A stretch of DNA of 63,563 bases, counting the filler, from Deltaproteobacteria bacterium (GTDB lineage: Bacteria; Myxococcota; JACRCW01), in the NCBI GenBank assembly GCA_016218805.1. It is 4 parts of 4 records of this genome, joined end to end, with 100 filler letters (N's around TTAATTAATTAA, not from the genome) between each part and the next. Parts side by side here need not be neighbours in the genome. Positions count along the whole stretch, not along the records: positions 53,262 to 61,818 come from JACRCW010000065.1; positions 61,919 to 63,563 come from JACRCW010000025.1; 2 more parts are not named here. The stretch is one strand, 5' to 3'. Made by a program: the position numbers and the translations under genes. The notes under the pieces are model-generated. The model was not told the origin of the DNA. It was given only the letters and a program-made list of their open reading frames with translations, and did not search any database. Of this stretch, positions 56,609 to 63,563 are shown one piece after another. The first letter of the stretch is position 1. Every line of letters starts with the position of its first letter.

Positions 56609-57820
56609 ATGCCCGAATTCACCTGGTCAGCGAGAGCCCGCAACGGCGAGACCAAGAGCGGCACGATTGAAGCCGCCAACGCCGACGTGGTGATCCAGCG
56701 GCTCAAGGGGATGAACCTTGTTGAGCCCAAGGTGAAAAAGAAGGCGGAGCCGCTTTCATTCAAGCTCCCCGGCTCCACGGGCATCCCCACCAAGTCCATC
56801 GTCGTGTTCACGCGCCAGTTCGCCACGATGATTGACGCCGGTCTCCCCCTGGTGCAGTGCCTGGACATCCTGGCCAAGCAGCAGGAACTGCCGCCGTTCA
56901 AGAAGGTCCTCGTCGCCATCAAGGGGGATGTTGAGTCGGGCAAGACGTTTGCTGATTCGCTCTCCAGGCACCCCAAGACGTTTGACCCGCTGTACGTCAA
57001 CCTGGTGGCCGCCGGCGAAGTGGGCGGCATCCTGGACACCATCATGAACCGGCTGGCCACCCAGCTGGAGAAGACCGAGAAGCTGCGCCGCCAGGTCAAG
57101 GGCGCGCTCACCTACCCGGCGGTCACCCTGGGCGTGACGGCGGTCTGCACGTACATCCTGCTCATCTACGTCATCCCCGTGTTCGGCAAGATGTTCACGG
57201 AGATGGGCAAGGCGCTCCCGGCGCTGACCCAGTGGGTCATTGACCTGAGCAATTGGACGCAGGAAAACGTGGTGTTCGTGGTGGGCGTGCCCGTGGCGCT
57301 GGGCGTGGGCATCAACACGTTCCGCAAGACGCCGCAGGGGCGCGAGTTCTTTGACCGCCTGTTCCTGCTGCTGCCGGTGCTGGGTGACACCATCCGCAAG
57401 GTGGCCGTGGCCCGGTTCACCCGCACCATGGGCACCATGCTGACCTCCGGCGTGCCCATCCTGGACGCGCTGGACATCGTGGCCAAGGCCGCGGGCAACG
57501 TCGTCATCTCGGGGGCGCTGCTGACGGTCAAGGAGAAGATCTCCCAGGGCAAGACCATGGCCGAACCACTCAAGGAGACGCAGGTGTTCCCGTCCATGGT
57601 GGTGCAGATGATTGAAGTGGGCGAGTCCACGGGCGCGCTGGACACCATGCTCAACAAGATTGCTGACTTCTACGAGGAAGAGGTGGACGAGGCCATCCGC
57701 GGCCTCACCGCCCTGCTGGAGCCGTTGATCATGATGGTGATCGCCGTCGTCATCGGCGGCCTGGTCATCTCCATGTACCTGCCGGTGTTCAGCCTGGCCG
57801 GCGCGCTGGGTGGTGACTGA
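56609..57820 (+). CDS. pilC: Type IV pilus platform protein
   Basis: FTRQFATMIDAGLPL, GEVGG.LD, ALTYP, GESTG.LD, LLEP. Confidence 0.97.
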   Translation: MPEFTWSARARNGETKSGTIEAANADVVIQRLKGMNLVEPKVKKKAEPLSFKLPGSTGIPTKSIVVFTRQFATMIDAGLPLVQCLDILAKQQELPPFKKVLVAIKGDVESGKTFADSLSRHPKTFDPLYVNLVAAGEVGGILDTIMNRLATQLEKTEKLRRQVKGALTYPAVTLGVTAVCTYILLIYVIPVFGKMFTEMGKALPALTQWVIDLSNWTQENVVFVVGVPVALGVGINTFRKTPQGREFFDRLFLLLPVLGDTIRKVAVARFTRTMGTMLTSGVPILDALDIVAKAAGNVVISGALLTVKEKISQGKTMAEPLKETQVFPSMVVQMIEVGESTGALDTMLNKIADFYEEEVDEAIRGLTALLEPLIMMVIAVVIGGLVISMYLPVFSLAGALGGD

Positions 57821-59528
57821 GACAACCCTGACCTCGCCGGGGCTGGCCCCCGGGGTGCTGCCGGCGCCGCGCGCGGACGGGGGGGCGCTGCGCCCCGCGG
57901 GCGGTTGGCTGCTGGTGTTCCGGGTGGCCAGCGCACTGGTGCTGCTGGTGGGCGGCGCCGCCATCCACCTGCGCGCGCCGTCATCCGTCCAGATGCCGTC
58001 CGCGGCCCTGTTCTACGGGAGCCTGGCCGGCGCGTTCATCCTGTCCCTGGTCATTGCCACCTGGCTGCGCGCCCGCCCGCGCGCGGCGCCGGGGGTGCTG
58101 GGTGACCTGCAGCTGCTGACGGACCTGGTGGTCACCACGCTGGTGGTCTACGCCACCGGCGGGCAGGACAGCCTGCTGACGTTCCTCTACCCGCTCAACA
58201 CGCTGTTTGCCGCCGCCCTGGTGTCCCGCCCCGCGGGGTACGGCGTGGCGGCCACCGGCGCGGCCACCTACGCCGTCATGGTGGCGCTGATGGTGGTGGG
58301 CATCCTGCCCCGCCCGGATGAACCGGGCGTCCCCTTTGACCGCGAGGCGGTCAGCGTGCTCACGGCCACCGTGGGCGCCAACGTGCTGGTGGCCATGCTG
58401 GGCGGGCAGCTGTCCGAGCAGGTGCGCGCCTCCGGCGAGCGCCTGGACCGTGCCCGCACGGACCTGGCCGCGCTGCAGTCACTCAACACCGCGGTGGTCA
58501 CCTCCCTGCCATCCGGGCTGCTGTCCGTGAACCGGGCGGGGCTGGTGCAGGCGCTCAACCCCGCCGCGTTGGCCACGCTGGGCATCACGGCACCCGCCGC
58601 GGAGGGTTTGTCCGTGGGCCGGCTGCTCCCGGAGCTGGGGGCCATGCCGTGGGACGGCCGCGAACTGCGCTACCAGCACCCGGACGGCCGCGTCCGCCAG
58701 CTGGCGGTGGCGGCCACCCCGCTGCAGGGTGATGCGGCGGCCGGCGGCGCGGTGGTGGTGATCCAGGACGTCACCGAGCAGCGGCGCCTGGAGGCGGCGG
58801 TGGCGCGTTCCGAGCGGTTGGCCACCGTGGGGCAGTTCGCCGCCGGCCTGGCCCATGAGCTGCGCAACCCGCTGGGGTCCATGATCGGCTGCGTGGAGCT
58901 GTTGCAGCAGGGCGCATCCCAGGACGGTGACCAGGCGCGCCTGCTGTCCATCATCCACCGCGAAGCGGAGCGGCTGGCCGGGCTGGTCCACGCCTTCCTG
59001 TTGTACGCGCGCCCGCAGCCGCCCCAGCCGGAACGCCTGGACGCCGCCGCGCTGCTGCGGGAGGTGGCGGAGGACTTTGAGCGGGACCCCGGCTGCGGTG
59101 TCTGCGTGCAGGTGGATGCGCCGGACACCCTGCCGCTGCGCGCGGACGGCGCCCAGCTGCGCGGCGTGCTGTGGAACCTGTTGCGCAACGCGGCAGAGGC
59201 CAGCCCGCAGGGCGGCACGCTGCGCCTGCGCGCGGAACCGGCCACGCTGCGCGCGGCGGAGGCCGTCACCTTCACCGTCCGTGATGACGGGCCCGGCGTG
59301 CCCCCGGAGGACGCCGCCAAGCTGTTTGAACCCTTCTTCACCACGCGCCCGGGCGGCACCGGGCTGGGCCTGGCCATTGTCCACCGGGTGGTGGAGGCGC
59401 ACGGCGGCCTGGTGGGCCTGCAGCAGGCGGGTGGCCCCGGGGCCGTGTTCTATGTGACCCTGCCGGCACAGCCGCCCGCACCCGCTCCGGAACCTCCCGG
59501 GGCCCCGGCGGGTGAAGGAGCACACTGA
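57810..59528 (+). CDS. pilS: PilS-type sensor histidine kinase
   Basis: Six-TM N-terminus with TGG..S, PAS, AHELRNPL, GTGLGL; position after pilC. Confidence 0.88.
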   Translation: MVTETTLTSPGLAPGVLPAPRADGGALRPAGGWLLVFRVASALVLLVGGAAIHLRAPSSVQMPSAALFYGSLAGAFILSLVIATWLRARPRAAPGVLGDLQLLTDLVVTTLVVYATGGQDSLLTFLYPLNTLFAAALVSRPAGYGVAATGAATYAVMVALMVVGILPRPDEPGVPFDREAVSVLTATVGANVLVAMLGGQLSEQVRASGERLDRARTDLAALQSLNTAVVTSLPSGLLSVNRAGLVQALNPAALATLGITAPAAEGLSVGRLLPELGAMPWDGRELRYQHPDGRVRQLAVAATPLQGDAAAGGAVVVIQDVTEQRRLEAAVARSERLATVGQFAAGLAHELRNPLGSMIGCVELLQQGASQDGDQARLLSIIHREAERLAGLVHAFLLYARPQPPQPERLDAAALLREVAEDFERDPGCGVCVQVDAPDTLPLRADGAQLRGVLWNLLRNAAEASPQGGTLRLRAEPATLRAAEAVTFTVRDDGPGVPPEDAAKLFEPFFTTRPGGTGLGLAIVHRVVEAHGGLVGLQQAGGPGAVFYVTLPAQPPAPAPEPPGAPAGEGAH

Positions 59529-59530
59529 CG

Positions 59531-60937
59531 GTGGCCCGCATCCTTGTGGTTGATGATGAACAGTCCATGCGGGAGTTCCTGGAGATCCTGCTGCGCAAGG
59601 CCGGCCACGAGGTGCGCCTGGCCGAAGACGCGCCCGCCGCGGTGCAGGCGCTGGGGACCTTCCGGCCGGACCTGGTCATCACGGACCTGCGCCTCAAGGT
59701 GGGCACCGGGCTGGAGGTGCTGGCGGCCACACGCCGCGCGCTGCCGCAGACCCAGACGCTGATGGTGACGGCGTTTGCCACGGCGGAGAACGCGGTCACC
59801 GCCATGAAGATGGGCGCGTTCCACTACCTCATCAAGCCCTTCAAGGTGGACGAGCTCACCGTGCAGGTGGAGCGCGCCCTGGAGGTGCGCGGCCTCAAGC
59901 AGGAAAACCAGGCGCTCAAGGAACACCTGCTGGGCCGCTCCGCGCAGGCGCAGCTGCTGGGCGAGTCCCCCCAGCTGCAGACGGTGCAGGACCTCATTGA
60001 CAAGGTGGCCGGCACGCGCACCACGGTGCTGGTGTGCGGCGAAAGCGGCACGGGCAAGGAACTGGTGGCGCGCGCCATCCACCTGCGCGGGCCGCGCGCG
60101 GACGCGCCGTTCCTGGTGTTTCACTGCGGCGCCGTCCCGGAAGGCCTGCTGGAGAGCGAGCTGTTTGGCCACGTGAAGGGTGCGTTCACGGGCGCCGTGC
60201 AGGCCAAGGCCGGCATCTTTGAGGCGGCGCGGGGCGGCACCGTGTTCCTGGACGAGATTGGCGAGCTGCCCGTCAGCGTGCAGGTGAAGCTGCTGCGCGT
60301 GCTGCAGGAGAAGGTGGTGCACCGCGTGGGCGGGCAGGGCGGCCTGGAGGTGGACGCGCGCGTGATTGCCGCCACGCACCGGGACCTGCAGAAGCGCGTG
60401 GCGGTGGGCCAGTTCCGCGAAGACCTGTGGTACCGGCTCAACGTCATCCAGATCACCGTGCCCCCGCTGCGCGAACGCCGCGGCGACATCCCGCCGCTGG
60501 CCCGCGCGTTTGCACAGCGCTTCAACGCGGAGCAGGGCGCGGCGGTCACCGGCATCTCTGACGCCGCCATGGAGCTGCTGTGCCGCTATGACTACCCCGG
60601 CAACGTGCGCGAGCTGCAGAACGTGATCGAGCGGGGCGTCACGCTGTCCGAGGGCCCGCTGCTGGAGCCCATGGTGCTGCCGGACCACCTGCGCGGGGCG
60701 CGCAGCACGCCGCCGTCCCCCGCCAGCGGGCAGCCCGAGGTCCCGGAGGCGGGCCTGGACCTGGTCGCCCTGGTGGAGAACTACGAGCGCTCGCTGCTGG
60801 AATCCGCGCTGCGCCGGTCCGGCGGGCGCAAGAAGAAGGCCGCTGAACTGCTCAAGCTGAGCTTCCGCAGCTTCCGCTACCGTGCCCAGAAGCTGGGCCT
60901 GGGCGGCACGCAGGCGGATGACGACGAGGACACCTGA
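59531..60937 (+). CDS. pilR: Sigma54-dependent response regulator
   Basis: [28 protein letters not shown]. Confidence 0.9.
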   Translation: MARILVVDDEQSMREFLEILLRKAGHEVRLAEDAPAAVQALGTFRPDLVITDLRLKVGTGLEVLAATRRALPQTQTLMVTAFATAENAVTAMKMGAFHYLIKPFKVDELTVQVERALEVRGLKQENQALKEHLLGRSAQAQLLGESPQLQTVQDLIDKVAGTRTTVLVCGESGTGKELVARAIHLRGPRADAPFLVFHCGAVPEGLLESELFGHVKGAFTGAVQAKAGIFEAARGGTVFLDEIGELPVSVQVKLLRVLQEKVVHRVGGQGGLEVDARVIAATHRDLQKRVAVGQFREDLWYRLNVIQITVPPLRERRGDIPPLARAFAQRFNAEQGAAVTGISDAAMELLCRYDYPGNVRELQNVIERGVTLSEGPLLEPMVLPDHLRGARSTPPSPASGQPEVPEAGLDLVALVENYERSLLESALRRSGGRKKKAAELLKLSFRSFRYRAQKLGLGGTQADDDEDT

Positions 60938-60990
60938 AGCAGCGGCGGGCACCGGCCGCCACCCATCCCGTCTCTCCGCACGCTGCCCGC

Positions 60991-61818
60991 TCAGGTCTTC
61001 TCGGCCGCTTCCGCGTACATCGCTTCGGCAATGCGGTGCGAACTGCCCTCCAGCCGGGCAATGGCCGCCTTCAGCCCCTCAAAGTCCCCCAACTCAAGCT
61101 GCTTCTTGCACGCCTCCACGTCCGCCTTGATCTCCTCAATGTCCGCGGGCGGCAGGACGTGGCCGTACTCCTCCACGGACTTCTCCGTGGTGTAGATGAG
61201 GCCGTCAGCATTGTTGCGGAGGTCCGCCATCAGCTTCTTCTGGGCGTCATCCTCCTTGTGCTTCTCAGCCTCCTCCACCATGCGCTTGATGTCTGCCTCC
61301 GTGAGACCGGAGTTGGACGTGATGCGCACCTGCTGCTGCTTGCCGGTGCCCAGGTCCTTGGCGCTCACGTGCACAATGCCATTGGCGTCAATCTCGAAGC
61401 TCACTTCAATCTGCGGCACGCCGCGGGGCGCCGGCGGGATGCCCACCAGTTCAAACCGCGCCAGCGTCTTGTTGTCCGCCGCCAGGGGGCGTTCGCCCTG
61501 CAGCGCGTGCACGCTCACCAGCGGCTGGTTGTCCTGCGCGGTGGAGAACACCATGCCCTTGCGGCAGGGAATGGTGGTGTTCTTGTCAATGATCTTGGTC
61601 ATCACGCCGCCGGCGGTCTCCACGCCCAGGCTCAGCGGGGTGACGTCCAGCAGCAGCACGTTCTTGACGGCGCCCGTCAGCACGGCACCCTGCACGGCGG
61701 CGCCCACGGCCACCACCTCATCAGGGTTGACGCCCTTGTGCGCCTCCTTGCCAAAGAACTCCTTCACCTTGACCTGGATGGCCGGCATGCGCGTCATGCC
61801 GCCCACCAGGATGACCTC
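60991..61818 (-). CDS. dnaK: Chaperone DnaK, C-terminal half (partial)
   Basis: [39 protein letters not shown]. Confidence 0.96.
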   Translation of the reverse strand, partial: EVILVGGMTRMPAIQVKVKEFFGKEAHKGVNPDEVVAVGAAVQGAVLTGAVKNVLLLDVTPLSLGVETAGGVMTKIIDKNTTIPCRKGMVFSTAQDNQPLVSVHALQGERPLAADNKTLARFELVGIPPAPRGVPQIEVSFEIDANGIVHVSAKDLGTGKQQQVRITSNSGLTEADIKRMVEEAEKHKEDDAQKKLMADLRNNADGLIYTTEKSVEEYGHVLPPADIEEIKADVEACKKQLELGDFEGLKAAIARLEGSSHRIAEAMYAEAAEKT

Positions 61819-61918
61819 NNNNNNNNNNNNNNNNNNNNNNNNNNNNNNNNNNNNNNNNNNNNTTAATTAATTAANNNNNNNNNNNNNNNNNNNNNNNNNN
61901 NNNNNNNNNNNNNNNNNN
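61819..61918. other. Artificial contig spacer
   Basis: N44-TTAATTAATTAA-N44. Confidence 0.99.
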
Positions 61919-62126
61919 GCGTCACCCGTCAAGGTTCGATCTAGACGAACACTGGTCTCCTCATCGGCTGGCCGGGGCAGCTCGGATTCCCACCCCACGG
62001 GCGTACTTGAGACGCGGCCGCGCCCCCGCCCGGGTACTGATGTGGCCCGGCACGGCGGGCGCCGGAGCAACCCTCGCGCCAACCGAACCACACTGATTCC
62101 ACGTGCTGGACGCCGCCGGGGCACAC
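61919..62126 (-). ncRNA. Probable 5' part (domain I) of a group II intron, truncated by the contig end
   Basis: Minus strand starts GTGTG (GUGYG consensus); non-coding, with stem-rich sequence and a GGGTGGGAATCC hairpin-like motif; sits at an assembly break. Confidence 0.45.
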
Positions 62127-62187
62127 GCGTTTTTCGGACAACTGACCGGAATGCAGTCACCTGGGGACGGGGGCGCGCCAACCCGAG

Positions 62188-63216
62188 TCACGTTGTGCGT
62201 GCGGCCCGGCGGTGCGCCAGGGTCGCAGCAAGGGCAAGCGCGGCGGCCATGGAGCGCGGGTCCGCAACGCCGCGACCGGCGGCGTCGTAAGCAGTGCCGT
62301 GGTCGCAGGCGGTACGCGGCACGCGCAGGCCCAGGGTGAGTTGGCAGCCGCGGCGGCGCTCCCAGAGCTTGAACGGCCCCAGTCCCTGGTCATGGTAGGC
62401 GGCCAGCACCGCGTCCGGGCGGTCCGCGCGCGAGTGCCAAGCCGCGAACACGCCATCCGCGGGCAGGGGGCCGCGCACGCGCAGGCCCTCCGCCTGCAGC
62501 GCGCGCACCGCGGGCGCTAGCACTTCCCCATCTTCGCGCCCGAGCAGGCCGCCCTCAGACGCGTGGGGGTTGAGGCCCAGCAGTTCAATGCGCGGGTCAG
62601 GGATGCCCAGGTCATCCCGCAGGCCGTCCCGCAGCACGCGCAGCGTTTCCTCGACGGTGGACCGCGTGATCCGGGTGGGCACCTCGCGCAGGGGCAGGTG
62701 GATGGTGAGCAGCGCCACGCGCATGCCCGGCGCCACAAACAGCATCACGGGGCGCGGCGCGCTGCCCAGGCGGGCGTGGAAGAACTCGGTGTGACCGGGG
62801 AACGGGCCGCCGCGCAGCGCGCGGAACGCCTGCTTGCGTGCGGGCCCGGTGGCCACCGCCTGCAGGACGCCGCGCGCCGCCAGGTCCACCGCGGTCTCCA
62901 GCGCCCGCCGCGCGGCGGCGTCAGCGCGGGGACCCGGCCGGCCCGGCTGGAAGTCATCACGCGGGCCGGCGGTGTCCACCCGCACCAGGGGTGCATCCAT
63001 GGTGGTGTCCACGGCGGCGGCGGACACCACCGGCGCGCGCAGTTCGCGCGGCGCCACCGCCTCCCACGCGCTTGCGGAACCCAGGATGACCCAGCGGGCG
63101 CGGCGGCGCAGTGCGGGGGACGCCAGCGCGCGCGCCACAACCTCGGCGCCAATGCCGCACGGGCACCCCAGCGTGATGCCCACGCGCGGCCGCCACCGGG
63201 CGGCCGCGGGATTCAT
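62188..63216 (-). CDS. pdxA: 4-hydroxythreonine-4-phosphate dehydrogenase
   Basis: G.P.GIGAE, FPGHTEF, TIHLPL, GLNPHA.E, YHDQGL, RTACDHGTA. Confidence 0.92.
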   Translation of the reverse strand: MNPAAARWRPRVGITLGCPCGIGAEVVARALASPALRRRARWVILGSASAWEAVAPRELRAPVVSAAAVDTTMDAPLVRVDTAGPRDDFQPGRPGPRADAAARRALETAVDLAARGVLQAVATGPARKQAFRALRGGPFPGHTEFFHARLGSAPRPVMLFVAPGMRVALLTIHLPLREVPTRITRSTVEETLRVLRDGLRDDLGIPDPRIELLGLNPHASEGGLLGREDGEVLAPAVRALQAEGLRVRGPLPADGVFAAWHSRADRPDAVLAAYHDQGLGPFKLWERRRGCQLTLGLRVPRTACDHGTAYDAAGRGVADPRSMAAALALAATLAHRRAARTT

Positions 63217-63563
63217 GGGATGGCGTCCCTCGCGGGGACCAGCATCACGTCAATGTCGTGCGTCTTGGCGGGCGCCACGTCAATGGGTTCGCAGCCCACG
63301 GCGAGCACCTGCCCCGGCAGCGTGATCTCGTCCTGGTCGCGGTCGTTGCAGGCGTCCACGTAGCTGGCGGTGACCAGCACCACCTTGCTGCCCATCTCCA
63401 CCTTGCCCAGCGTGCCCTTGTCGCGGCCCTCGCACAGGCGCACGTGTTCGGTGCTCTGGCTGCGCATGGTGGTGTCCGCCAGGCGCGCGGTCATCAGCGC
63501 CAGGCAGTCGCGCTCGCCGCCGCCGTCCATGGCGCGGGGGAACACCAGCACGTCAATGGCCTT
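63213..63563 (-). CDS. Hypothetical protein, 3' part (partial)
   Basis: Open frame running off the window end; stop overlaps the pdxA start. Confidence 0.55.
   Translation of the reverse strand, partial: KAIDVLVFPRAMDGGGERDCLALMTARLADTTMRSQSTEHVRLCEGRDKGTLGKVEMGSKVVLVTASYVDACNDRDQDEITLPGQVLAVGCEPIDVAPAKTHDIDVMLVPARDAIP

Overview
High-GC (by eye) Myxococcota/deltaproteobacterial-like draft genome window made of four contigs joined by 100-nt N spacers carrying a TTAATTAATTAA linker (breaks at 25466-25565, 53162-53261, 61819-61918), so adjacency across these breaks is not evidence of linkage. Core genes: heptose/sugar-nucleotide genes, fabF-acpP-mdh, thiL, a PocR histidine kinase coupled to an MglA/SofG-like GTPase, an AbmA-like monooxygenase, ribF-pilBTC-pilS-pilR, dnaK and pdxA, plus many myxobacterial secreted or lipoproteins (DAG-repeat, Cys-rich, beta-helix). 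The most notable accessory structures are: (1) a 4.8-kb island (1224-6015) bracketed by ~300-bp direct repeats, in which cargo genes and fragments alternate with three decayed 3'-end copies of an IS91/ISCR-like rolling-circle element; (2) a tandem Uma2 endonuclease duplication with one divergent patch, separated by a nested palindromic REP-like element; (3) an 8 x 21-bp tandem repeat with apparent coding constraint directly upstream of an unknown helical protein; (4) an RHS gene truncated by a probable IS256 end; (5) a probable group II intron 5' end at a contig edge. All family assignments come from motif recognition by eye; no database searches were run.
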